Below the pieces are notes generated by a model that made no database searches, was not told the origin of the DNA, and saw only the letters and a program-made list of their open reading frames with translations. A stretch of 43,426 bases of DNA, from IMG/VR virus record IMGVR_UViG_3300019458_000014, positions 1 to 43,426 of that record. One strand, written 5' to 3'. The first letter of the stretch is position 1, and each line of letters begins with the position of its first letter. A program made the translations under genes and the position numbers. Source of the stretch: a virus. Positions 7,576-16,118 of this stretch are shown piece after piece.

Positions 7576-8471
7576 GCGTCCCCGCCTCGTCGACGGTCAC
7601 GACCGAACGGCCGTTGGCCCGGAGTCCTACAGCAGCCGATACCTACAACGTGGGCGACTCGTTTGCGCTGCTCGCGGCGTGGGTCGAGTGGATGCAGGCG
7701 CGTGACCTCGCCCCCACCACGATCCGCAGCTATGAGAACGGCGTGACCGCGCTCGCCCGCCACCACCGCTGGAAGGTCTCGCTCGTCGAGATGGACGAGC
7801 AGGCAATCGTTACCTTCCTCGCCTCGATCGGCGACCGCTCTCCCACGAAGCAGCTCCACGCGAAGGGCATCCGCTCGTTCTACCAGTTCTGTGTGCGCCG
7901 CCAAGTGCTGCTGTTCGACCCAACGACCGACTGCAGCCCGCGACGGAGATGGCCCGGTGAGCCCGTCCGCTTCGAGCTGGATGAGATGACTCGGCTGCTG
8001 ATCGCAGCGGCGTGGCGGGAGGAGCGACGAGCCTGGGCGTTGCTCGCGTGTTTCGCCCTCGGCGCCCGCCGGACCGAGTTCTGTCTCCTGCCCCTGGCTG
8101 ACATCGACTGGGGGAAGCGCCTGGTCGTCTTCCGGCACACGAAGGGCAACCGGCCTCGGACGGTGGACATGGGCCCGTGGGCGTTCGAGGCGTGCTCCGA
8201 GCTACTCCGCTGGTCCGACGGCGAGCGGCTACTCCCGATCGCGCCCAACTGGTTCAACCGGTGGATGGCGGACGCTGGCAGCGACGCTGGCATCCCTCGA
8301 GCCCGCCTGCACACCCTGCGGGCGACCTTCGCCTCGATCCTCCTCGATGACGGCCAGCCTCCGCAGGTCGTCCAGCGACTCCTCGGCCACCAGTCGCTCG
8401 CGACCACCACCCGGTACGCCGCGATCGGGAGAGACCGACCGACGGCCAAGGCCGTCCAGGTGCTCGGCTAG
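7572..8471 (+). CDS. int: Tyrosine integrase, XerC/D-like, 299 aa
   Basis: SAM-like N-domain (APTTIRSYENGVTAL). Catalytic ARRTEF, HTLRATFAS, LLGHQSLATTTRY. Confidence 0.9.
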   Translation: MSVPASSTVTTERPLARSPTAADTYNVGDSFALLAAWVEWMQARDLAPTTIRSYENGVTALARHHRWKVSLVEMDEQAIVTFLASIGDRSPTKQLHAKGIRSFYQFCVRRQVLLFDPTTDCSPRRRWPGEPVRFELDEMTRLLIAAAWREERRAWALLACFALGARRTEFCLLPLADIDWGKRLVVFRHTKGNRPRTVDMGPWAFEACSELLRWSDGERLLPIAPNWFNRWMADAGSDAGIPRARLHTLRATFASILLDDGQPPQVVQRLLGHQSLATTTRYAAIGRDRPTAKAVQVLG

Positions 8472-9052
8472 AGGGCCAACCCGATGAAGTGCATCTCGAA
8501 GTAGGTGGCGTTCGATGCACCATCGGCGTTGCGGTCGGTCACGGTCGATTGAGCGAAGGCCTCCAAGTAGTCACCCTCGGCAAGCTGCAAGCGCTTCACG
8601 ACCTCAACGGATTCGGGATCGCCGATCCCCGCACCGTTAGCGATTGCGACCTGATTACCACCCGTGTCGGATCCAGCGGCGTTCTGACGGATCTGAGTCT
8701 GGACGACACCGCTGCCGTCGGCACCAGCGGTGAACCGCACGGCCAGAGTGACCTCATAGAACCCGGCAAGGCCGAGTCCACTCGGCACCACGAGTCGGGA
8801 ATTGTTTGTCGACGTGTCGTGGAAGCCGTCGGTGTCTTCGCCGACACTCTCGGAGGTCCAGGCGAGCAGTCCCCACGTATCGACGGTGAGGTTCTGATCC
8901 GTCCCAGCGCGATGGGTCGAGACCCCGTGGTACCTCGCCAGGAAGTCGACCTGCGCCTTGAGGTAGTTCAGGTTGTCCCGGATGTGCAGGTTGAGCTCAG
9001 GGTCGGGAACGACCTCGAGGGTCCGCCACGTCCGCGGCTCGGTCCAGCCCGT
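8468..9052 (-). CDS. Tail fibre / receptor-binding-like protein with C1q/TNF-like C-terminus, about 194 aa; no canonical start (ACG 9052?)
   Basis: The frame is open and clearly coding from 9055 (TGWTEPRTWRTLEVVPDPELNLHIRDNLNYL...), but the first ATG/GTG/TTG is at 8791. SD GAGGGGAG lies 7 nt before ACG 9052. Confidence 0.55.
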   Translation of the reverse strand, partial: TGWTEPRTWRTLEVVPDPELNLHIRDNLNYLKAQVDFLARYHGVSTHRAGTDQNLTVDTWGLLAWTSESVGEDTDGFHDTSTNNSRLVVPSGLGLAGFYEVTLAVRFTAGADGSGVVQTQIRQNAAGSDTGGNQVAIANGAGIGDPESVEVVKRLQLAEGDYLEAFAQSTVTDRNADGASNATYFEMHFIGLAL

Positions 9053-9055
9053 CGG

Positions 9056-9232
9056 CTAGCTCCCCTCGGTCGGCTTCGGGACGTTCGGCACGAGTCCGAC
9101 GCCGAGCGATCCGACGAAGGAGCCGGCCATCGCGAACACGTCGTTGATGCTCACGTCGCCGTCGGCCGTCACGCTTATGGCCACCGCGATCGCGGCGGCG
9201 AGCGCCACGAGGAACTTCCGGATAGCTGCCAT
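9056..9232 (-). CDS. Small membrane protein, 58 aa
   Basis: Hand translation MAAIRKFLVALAAAIAVAISVTADGDVSINDVFAMAGSFVGSLGVGLVPNVPKPTEGS*. TGATG overlap upstream. Confidence 0.5.
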   Translation of the reverse strand: MAAIRKFLVALAAAIAVAISVTADGDVSINDVFAMAGSFVGSLGVGLVPNVPKPTEGS

Positions 9233-9531
9233 CACTTCGCTCCCTTCCTGCGGGCATCAACCAAGATGCCAGCGAACCCGGTACCGGCTAGCACCAGGCC
9301 GACCGCGTACAGGACCGACCTCCACGTGAGCGGGGTCCCTTGGGTCCCGAACACCGCCTCGCCCACGAGCAGGATCGTGATCGCGAACCCGAGGCGCGCC
9401 GAGAGCCATGCCCATGCGAACGGGACCCCCCGGCGCCAGTCGCGGAAGTGCAGACCCACCAGCGACAGGGCACCGCCGGCAGCGAGGGCCGTCATGCCCA
9501 AGATCAAGGCTTTGACGGTCTGCTCAGCCAC
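9232..9531 (-). CDS. Holin-like membrane protein, 99 aa, about 4 TM
   Basis: Hydrophobic segments in ORF 9232..9579. GTG 9531 overlaps the upstream gene by 8 nt. Confidence 0.55.
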   Translation of the reverse strand: MAEQTVKALILGMTALAAGGALSLVGLHFRDWRRGVPFAWAWLSARLGFAITILLVGEAVFGTQGTPLTWRSVLYAVGLVLAGTGFAGILVDARRKGAK

Positions 9532-9721
9532 GGCTGTTCCCGTTGCCTCGCCGGGCGATCCGCGGGCCGAACAGGGCACCGGCGACGAGCATCATCAGGA
9601 TGTGGATCGACGCTGGTGGCTCATAGGTCGGCACCGTGGCATCGACGATGATCGAGGCGAGCCAAGCCACGACCACAGCCCACGCGATGATGAGGCGCAC
9701 CAGGTCTAGCGGTTCGGCCAC
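9524..9721 (-). CDS. Holin-like membrane protein, 65 aa, 2 TM
   Basis: ORF track: LVRLIIAWAVVVAWLASIIV and IHILMMLVAGALFG helices. Adjacent to the endolysin. Confidence 0.6.
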   Translation of the reverse strand: MAEPLDLVRLIIAWAVVVAWLASIIVDATVPTYEPPASIHILMMLVAGALFGPRIARRGNGNSRG

Positions 9722-9822
9722 TTATGGCTCTGCTCCCAGCGATGGTGCGCGAACACCTTGAAGGCGTACATCAGACCGAAAGCGACCATCGGCAGCATGA
9801 AGTTGCCGAGGAACTCCGCCAT
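9706..9822 (-). CDS. Small membrane protein, 38 aa
   Basis: MAEFLGNFMLPMVAFGLMYAFKVFAHHRWEQSHKWPNR. SD GGGGGAGGA before ATG 9822. Confidence 0.45.
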   Translation of the reverse strand: MAEFLGNFMLPMVAFGLMYAFKVFAHHRWEQSHKWPNR

Positions 9823-9832
9823 GTCCTCCCCC

Positions 9833-10333
9833 TCACCCCCGGACCCCGAAGCTCGCGTGCCAGGGCTCGTCGGTCGGCCGGGACTGCTCCCACCCGTGAT
9901 TGCGGAGAACACGGCGTGAGAGCTCGAACAGGTTCGTCCAGTCGCCCGTCGCGCGATCGCGGACGCGGATGGCCTTGAGCAGCGTCGATATGTCGACCGC
10001 GAGCCCGCGTGGGTGGAACGTCTTGGAGGGCGAGGCAAACCGCTTGGAATCCGAGGCGTATAGGCGCGTCTGCTGGTCGCACGAGCGGTGCGACCCCGTG
10101 AGGATGATCGGGATGAACCGCGTCCCTCCCGAGCGCCGCTGGATCCGCGAGCTGCGCGGCACGAGCACCGCGAGGCGGTTCTCGGCCTCCCGGAACGAAC
10201 GCATCGCCGGCAGCTGCAAGATGATCGGGGTCCCGCCCTCGGGTGGCTGGTCGTAGACGACCAGGTTCACGTAGTCGTCGCGGCAGGGACCGCCGTAGTA
10301 GATCGACCCATAGTCTGTCTTGAGCACGGCCAC
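9833..10333 (-). CDS. Endolysin, peptidase M15 (L-Ala-D-Glu / VanY-like) family, 166 aa
   Basis: TGSHRSCDQQTRLY, HPRGLAVDIS and EPWHASF match the M15 zinc-ligand blocks. Followed by membrane proteins. Confidence 0.75.
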   Translation of the reverse strand: MAVLKTDYGSIYYGGPCRDDYVNLVVYDQPPEGGTPIILQLPAMRSFREAENRLAVLVPRSSRIQRRSGGTRFIPIILTGSHRSCDQQTRLYASDSKRFASPSKTFHPRGLAVDISTLLKAIRVRDRATGDWTNLFELSRRVLRNHGWEQSRPTDEPWHASFGVRG

Positions 10334-10355
10334 GAGACCATCGTCGGCCGAGACG

Positions 10356-13049
10356 TCAAGCCACGGCGCGCTCGCGGAGCTTCACCCGTACGAGCGCCTC
10401 GCCGCGGCGCATGAAGTACGCGTCGGGGCTCTCGACCGTGACGAAGTGGACCTCGCGATCTTCGGCCCGCCTCGAGGAGTAGTTGTCCTCGAGCTCCACG
10501 AGCCCACCCTCGTTCGCGAGGCTGAACAGCGCGGCGAGGGCCTGGCCTCCCGAGACCTGCTTGCTGTCCAGATGCCAGAGCGAGGTCTGGTCGGCGCAAA
10601 GAAGCAGCGCGTCCCAGGTCCGCTCCCATATCTGGCAGAACGAGATCGGGTCGATCGAGAACACCACCGGCGTTTTGGTGGCATCGGTCGTCCGCAGGCG
10701 GAGCTCCGTCTGCAGGTATTTGAAGGGAACCCGGACGTCCGGCGTCGCAATCTGCACCCCTCCAGAGGCCACGAACGATTGGGCGAGCGCGAAAGTCCCG
10801 TCGTCCGTGGCGTACCAGACCTCGGCCGACGTGCCAGCCGGGAACTGCCCGACCACCAAGATCCCGATCAGCTGCTTGGTCTCGGCCACGCCGTAGGCGT
10901 AGCGGGAGGACACGAGCGAGCCGTACCCGGAGGTCGGGTAAGTCTCGCGCGCGACGTAGGGGTTGCCCTTCCGCCAGATCATCACGCGGTCGCGGTGGTT
11001 GATCGCGAGGCCACCGGCGTTCGCGGTCGCCTGCGACTGGTCGGTGATGACCTCCTGCTCACAGAACGCCGCGACCGGAGCCCGGAGCGAGATCCTCCAC
11101 CATCGCATGCGCCGGTTCGTCGCTCCGATCGCCGCGAGGTCCGTTTGGACGTGGATCGCGGTCCCGTAGAGCTGGATCCCGACGACCTTGGTGGATGGAT
11201 CGCCGTCACGCCACAGGCGCACGTCGAGCTCCACCGGCACACCGTCGGGACCGAGCTGGAACACGGCAGGGCGCCGACGCGTCGTGCCGTCGCTGTCAGG
11301 AGCCGGGAGGGACCCGGCGATCGTCGTGATCCCGATGCCGTGCGCGATCGCCTCGCCCCGGAAGCCCCGAGGCAGGTTGTTCACGGCCACGCCAGCCACG
11401 CCGTCCCACTGGTAGACCCAGCAGTCGGGGCCCTGGTTGCAGAAGAACACGCACCCGTTCTTGGTCCCGGCCATCCGGTGCGGCTCGTCGACATTCGGAG
11501 CCGAGATGCCGGCGTTGCCGACCACGTACACGGCCGTTCCGAGTGCCACGTTCGGCGTCCCCTCGAGCGGGACAGAGAACAGCTGCGAGCCTGACGCCTG
11601 TGACTCCGTGAGGATCAGAAGGCGGTTCCCCCCCACGGCGATGCCGGCCGGCATGTCGGTCGCCGCGACCGTGTATTGAGCGACCACCGCCGGCGTGTTG
11701 GCCCGGTAGACGATCTTGTTGTCGAGCGCGAAGAACTCGAACGAGTCCGAGTGTGCCTGACAGATGCCCTTGGCGGCGGAGGGTCCGATGTTGCCTACGG
11801 CATCCCATTCGTTGTTCTGCGCGTCGTACACGAGGACCGACGGAGAGGCCGAGGCCGAGAAGTCGAGCAGCCAGAACCGATCGCCCTTGCCGAGCTCCAC
11901 GAGCCGCGGATCGTTCAGCGTGACGAGGGAATAGACCACTTTGTCGACGAGCATCTTCCGGGACGCCCCGGCCTGTCGGGTGAAGCGGAACCGGCGGGTC
12001 AGCGGACCACCGGTGATCTGGATCGAGGTCGATGCGACGATCGTTCCAGCCGCCTGGATGCCCTGCAGGTCGACCTCCCCCGATGCGAACACGGTCGATG
12101 CGGTATCGCGGAGCTCCCACAACAGCGTCTTGGCGTCTTGCTCGTCGACGGTCACCTTGTCGAGCTTGGCAACCTGAGCGGGACTCAGCACCGAGGCCTT
12201 GATCCGGTACTTGTACGCCTTGCCTGCTGCGGCCGTGAACGTGAGCGCCTGCGACCAGGCCACATCCGTCAAGGGCGGGTCGGGGGTGACCACGAACAAC
12301 TTGGAGACGATCACGTTGTCGTTGGCGTTGTCTCGGATCGTGACGTAGAGCGTGATGGGCTGCGTGTCGCCGCCACCGTTCACCCAACCGCTGAACGTCA
12401 CGACCGTCTGGAAGTTGAGCGGATCCTGGCCTGTGACCTCCACCACCGCGCCTTCGGTGTCCAAGAACTTGTCCGAGCCGACGTTGTGTGTGGTGGGCGT
12501 GACCTGGACGAACGTGTTGCCCTCGATCACGGCCAGCGGGTCCATGTACGCGTAGTAGTCGACCTGGTAGGTCCCGTTGGCGAGCGAGGCGTCGGCTCGC
12601 ACGATGTCGCCCACGGCGTTCAGGCGGGTGTCGTTGCCCACGTCCGTCGAGGTCCCCACGACGTCGACGAAGGTGTTGCCCTGGATCGTGGTCGAGGCGC
12701 CGCCCCCAGACGACCCGACCTGAGCGAGCGCACGAGCGAGCCGAACCTCGCCGGGGTTCACCAGGTCAACGCCGACGGAACGCTCGTAACGTCGGAAGCT
12801 GGCGTCGTCGCCGGGGTCGACGACCCGGTAGCCCTCCCCGCCGACCCAGGAGTCCTGCAACCAGCGCAAGTCGTCCTCCCGAAGGTTCTGGACGCCAGGC
12901 GAGCCCGGAACGCCCTGGCGCTCCGCGAACAGCGATCGCCACGTTCGGCGCACCCCTCGCAGGCCGGTCTGGGCGAAGAACTGCTCGTTGTCGGCGACCT
13001 TGTACCAGATGCCCCCGATCCGGAAGTCGCCGAAGTCCGAGCGGCTCAC
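10356..13049 (-). CDS. Large tail/nozzle or baseplate structural protein, 897 aa
   Basis: ORF track. Strong GC3 bias, beta-rich composition. Position at the end of the particle module. GTGA overlap upstream. Confidence 0.6.
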   Translation of the reverse strand: MSRSDFGDFRIGGIWYKVADNEQFFAQTGLRGVRRTWRSLFAERQGVPGSPGVQNLREDDLRWLQDSWVGGEGYRVVDPGDDASFRRYERSVGVDLVNPGEVRLARALAQVGSSGGGASTTIQGNTFVDVVGTSTDVGNDTRLNAVGDIVRADASLANGTYQVDYYAYMDPLAVIEGNTFVQVTPTTHNVGSDKFLDTEGAVVEVTGQDPLNFQTVVTFSGWVNGGGDTQPITLYVTIRDNANDNVIVSKLFVVTPDPPLTDVAWSQALTFTAAAGKAYKYRIKASVLSPAQVAKLDKVTVDEQDAKTLLWELRDTASTVFASGEVDLQGIQAAGTIVASTSIQITGGPLTRRFRFTRQAGASRKMLVDKVVYSLVTLNDPRLVELGKGDRFWLLDFSASASPSVLVYDAQNNEWDAVGNIGPSAAKGICQAHSDSFEFFALDNKIVYRANTPAVVAQYTVAATDMPAGIAVGGNRLLILTESQASGSQLFSVPLEGTPNVALGTAVYVVGNAGISAPNVDEPHRMAGTKNGCVFFCNQGPDCWVYQWDGVAGVAVNNLPRGFRGEAIAHGIGITTIAGSLPAPDSDGTTRRRPAVFQLGPDGVPVELDVRLWRDGDPSTKVVGIQLYGTAIHVQTDLAAIGATNRRMRWWRISLRAPVAAFCEQEVITDQSQATANAGGLAINHRDRVMIWRKGNPYVARETYPTSGYGSLVSSRYAYGVAETKQLIGILVVGQFPAGTSAEVWYATDDGTFALAQSFVASGGVQIATPDVRVPFKYLQTELRLRTTDATKTPVVFSIDPISFCQIWERTWDALLLCADQTSLWHLDSKQVSGGQALAALFSLANEGGLVELEDNYSSRRAEDREVHFVTVESPDAYFMRRGEALVRVKLRERAVA

Positions 13050-14200
13050 GCCACGCCCCGGTTGACCCGGCGCCGGCGATGATCCTCAGCGGCAAGCAAG
13101 GATTGCTGATGCCGTGACCGGGCATCGGTGAAGCTCTGCCACTCGAACACAGCGGCGCGCGCCCTGGCACCCGGGACGATCGAGGCGTGCAGCGTCCCAG
13201 CGTCGGGGGCCACGCCGCCGGACTCCTCGAGCAGCTGCAGCCGCGCACAGACGCCGAGCTCCGTGAGGGCCCGGAGCTCCTCGGTGAGGTTGCCGAGGGT
13301 CGGGCGCGCTCGGTAGGCGAGGCGGATCGCCGACGCGTCGACCGTGCGAGGCACGATGATCGCGCCGTTCGGGAAGTTGGCCTCATCGGCGAGTACCGGC
13401 GGCAGGTAGGAAGCGTCGAGGCCGTAGATCTCGCCGGCCACGACCTGGTAGGCGAGGACGACCTCCTCGATGTCCGGGACCGTCGAGACGTAGTAGGTCG
13501 TGGACGCCTGATACGCGAGGGCGATCTCGCCGGGCACCCAGACGTGCGGCCAGAGCTCGAGGTCCACGATCTGTCGGGCCGCGTCGAGGATCTCGCGGCG
13601 GCGGAGTCGCGCCTCCACGAGCACCGCGGTTCCCTGGACGTGGGATCGCCCAGCCGTGCCATCTTGGCCTCGCAAGATAGGCACCGTTCCAGCGGTCGCA
13701 TCGCCGGGGGCCGATGAGACCGCGAGCTCGTCGGTTCCATCATCGAACTCGAGCCACAGTCCCGAGTGCGAGATCTTGCTCGCGTCACCGAGCGGGCTCG
13801 TGTTGATGACGAGGGCGCCTGCGCTCAGCGGGTTGTCGTTGACGTAGAACCGATGTGGGCGGTCCTTCATGAGTCCTCGCACCGACCGCACGAGGTCTTG
13901 ACGGGGCTCGGCGCGCACCGTGAAGTAGGCGAACTCGGTGAGCGCCGGCACCCCGGTCGTTACCCACTTCGCCTGCCAGTCGCCGATGGCGGCGGCGGCG
14001 GCCAGCGCATGGTCGTATCGGAACCGCCCGACGGCGACCTTGGTGATGTCCGCGGGCGTCGGCCAGTTCCTGGTCGTGACGTTGCCGGCCGGATCCGTGA
14101 TCGTCAGGACGATGGTGGTCGGATCAGAGAGCGCGCCCGCGGCCTGGAACGAGGCCTCGAGCCGAACAGTGTCGCCCTGGTCGTAGACCCGGTCAGGCAT
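13046..14200 (-). CDS. Structural protein with Ig-like N-terminal domain, 384 aa
   Basis: ORF track. GDTVRLEASFQ..DPTTIVLTITDPAGNVTT is an Ig-like pattern. Confidence 0.55.
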   Translation of the reverse strand: MPDRVYDQGDTVRLEASFQAAGALSDPTTIVLTITDPAGNVTTRNWPTPADITKVAVGRFRYDHALAAAAAIGDWQAKWVTTGVPALTEFAYFTVRAEPRQDLVRSVRGLMKDRPHRFYVNDNPLSAGALVINTSPLGDASKISHSGLWLEFDDGTDELAVSSAPGDATAGTVPILRGQDGTAGRSHVQGTAVLVEARLRRREILDAARQIVDLELWPHVWVPGEIALAYQASTTYYVSTVPDIEEVVLAYQVVAGEIYGLDASYLPPVLADEANFPNGAIIVPRTVDASAIRLAYRARPTLGNLTEELRALTELGVCARLQLLEESGGVAPDAGTLHASIVPGARARAAVFEWQSFTDARSRHQQSLLAAEDHRRRRVNRGVA

Positions 14201-14873
14201 CCGGGCTCCCCTCGCCCACGGGCCGGGTGGTCACGGAGCCCGCGCCCGCAGGCACGGCCACGACGCTTGCGACACTCGGGTCCCTGGTGCCCACGTTCGA
14301 TTCATACAGGGGTCGGGCAAGCAGGCTGACGATGCCCGGGGCGGGGATGACGACCCCAACGATGATGGTCCCGTTGGCGGCGAACACGGCCTCGGCGAAG
14401 ATGGCCCCACGAGCCGTCACGAGCAGGAACGGAGACGCACCGGTGTGGGCCTCCGCGAAGATGGCGGTGGCCGCGACTCGAATCGCCTGAATCTGTGCGC
14501 CGAGGTCCGCCCCAGCGTGGAAGGCTGCCGCACCACGGACCTGCACGAGGGGAGCACCGGTGAGGCTACCCTCCGCGAAGATGGCCCCCGCGGCTGTTAC
14601 TAGGAACACGAGCCTCCCCGAGAGCACGGCCTCGGCCTCAACCGCTGCGGCCGCCGGGATGATCTTGAAGCTCGAGGCGGAGAGCGAGGCCTCCGCCTGG
14701 ATCGCGCTAGCAGCAACCGCGATGTTGAATGGAGCACCCGAGAGCACGGCCTCGGCGAAGAAGGCAGCCTCAGCAGTCACGATCGGTACCCCGAGCGTCC
14801 AGACGAAACGCTTCGGATAGTGGCTCCTCGGCGGCTGGACCCAGCGACGGCGGAACGGTCCGCCGGTCAGCAC
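14193..14873 (-). CDS. Repeat-containing structural protein, 226 aa (7 x 20-aa Ala-rich repeats)
   Basis: ORF track. Repeat unit approximately (V/A)xAxxAIFAEAxLxGAPxxx. Confidence 0.6.
   Translation of the reverse strand: MLTGGPFRRRWVQPPRSHYPKRFVWTLGVPIVTAEAAFFAEAVLSGAPFNIAVAASAIQAEASLSASSFKIIPAAAAVEAEAVLSGRLVFLVTAAGAIFAEGSLTGAPLVQVRGAAAFHAGADLGAQIQAIRVAATAIFAEAHTGASPFLLVTARGAIFAEAVFAANGTIIVGVVIPAPGIVSLLARPLYESNVGTRDPSVASVVAVPAGAGSVTTRPVGEGSPDA
14389..14808 (-). repeat. Seven in-frame tandem 60-bp repeats inside 14193..14873
   Basis: gcctc(g/c)gcgaagatggc-type unit starts at 14389, 14449, 14509 (diverged), 14569, 14629, 14689 and 14749. Confidence 0.8.
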
Positions 14874-15344
14874 CTACAGCTCCTCGTAGATAAGCTCAGT
14901 GAAGATCGAGATGGAGTCGGCCGGAGCTGCAAGCAGACGAAACGCGACGGGGTCCTGGGCTGCGTTGATCGGTCCGATCTTCGAGAGGTCGGTCGCGATG
15001 AACGCAGGGCCGGCCTGCCGGACGTTCCACGGGATCAGCCCGATCCGCGTGCCGACAGTAGACGGCGTGTTCGAGATGCCGGTGACCGCTGCTGTGGCCG
15101 TCGGAGCTCGCGGATGCAGCGGCGTCTCGGTCAGAGCCGCACCCGCCGTCCCAACAGTGATCCCTCGGAAGATGCCGATCCGAAGCGTCTCCTCATTCGC
15201 GTCTCCGAGATCCGTCGTGTTCCCGAGTCTCAGCTCATGGAGCACGATCGGGATATCGGTCGCGACGGTGATGACGAACAGGTCGGCTGCCGCCGTCACA
15301 GCGATGATGTCCTCGGAGACCGAGTAGAGAAAGCCGTATGCCAT
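14874..15344 (-). CDS. Structural protein, 156 aa
   Basis: ORF track. Coding composition. Contiguous with neighbours. Confidence 0.6.
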   Translation of the reverse strand: MAYGFLYSVSEDIIAVTAAADLFVITVATDIPIVLHELRLGNTTDLGDANEETLRIGIFRGITVGTAGAALTETPLHPRAPTATAAVTGISNTPSTVGTRIGLIPWNVRQAGPAFIATDLSKIGPINAAQDPVAFRLLAAPADSISIFTELIYEEL

Positions 15345-15350
15345 CGTTCT

Positions 15351-16115
15351 TCACATCCTTGTGTAGGCAGAGTCGCGGTACGGGTTGGGGAGCAACAAGG
15401 ACGCGGCAAGCGCCACACGGAGGCGGATATAGGCAGCCTGGACTTCATCGGCGCCGCCGGAAGCGGTGCCCGTGCCGGACAGGACCGCAGCCGCCGAGCT
15501 CGGGCCTGCGGTCACAGCGGCCTCAGTAGCGTGGAGCGACATGTCGCCGCCCGTGATCGTCTCGGTCTCCTGGCGCGCGGTAAACGATCCGAACGTCACG
15601 CCGGCCTGCGAGGCCGAGAGGTCCGTGGTGAGCGGCCCCATCGCGTCGGTGTTGATAGCGCACGCACATATAACGTGGTCATTCGCAGCAAGACTGTTGT
15701 CGGCAGACATCGTCGCCGAGATCGCGGTGCCGATCGCCGTGTCCGCGCCATAGACGACTGTCGGCGGCACCCAGATCTCACCAGCAGCTTTCGAGAAGAC
15801 CATCACGAAGGCGCCAGCCACGTTCCACGCGGTGACCTCCGTGAGCGTCGGGTTGGCCTCGGTGTCGGAGGTCGCCTCCTTGTACCAGACCTGCATCACC
15901 ATCGAGCCGGTGTCGGTGCCCGCACCGACTGTGCCGCTTTGGCCGCTAGCCAACGCGGTCCAGCCAGCGGTCATCGTCCAGTCCTCGATGGTGTGGCTCT
16001 TGCCACCCGCGATCAGGATCATCATGTCGCCCGTGAGCTGGGCGGCATTGATGGTCGGTGAGAAGGTGTTCTGGCTGTAGGTCGCCGCGTCTGTGGCTCT
16101 ATGCGCGATCGCCAC
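15351..16115 (-). CDS. Structural protein, 254 aa
   Basis: ORF track. Thr/Ala/Gly-rich beta-type composition. Confidence 0.6.
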   Translation of the reverse strand: MAIAHRATDAATYSQNTFSPTINAAQLTGDMMILIAGGKSHTIEDWTMTAGWTALASGQSGTVGAGTDTGSMVMQVWYKEATSDTEANPTLTEVTAWNVAGAFVMVFSKAAGEIWVPPTVVYGADTAIGTAISATMSADNSLAANDHVICACAINTDAMGPLTTDLSASQAGVTFGSFTARQETETITGGDMSLHATEAAVTAGPSSAAAVLSGTGTASGGADEVQAAYIRLRVALAASLLLPNPYRDSAYTRM

Positions 16116-16118
16116 GAG

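Noticed and set aside
9050-9058. Genome-wide TAG stop-codon reassignment to explain the in-frame TAG before the fibre ORF
   Set aside because: TAG clearly terminates many well-supported genes here (terminase 31545, HExxH 33756, 29279, 21957, 16776, 16119, 14874), and no other gene is interrupted by TAG.
14389-14808. CRISPR array
   Set aside because: The 60-bp periodic repeats are contiguous, with no spacers, and are in frame within a GC3-biased ORF. No other repeat-spacer structure was seen in the window.
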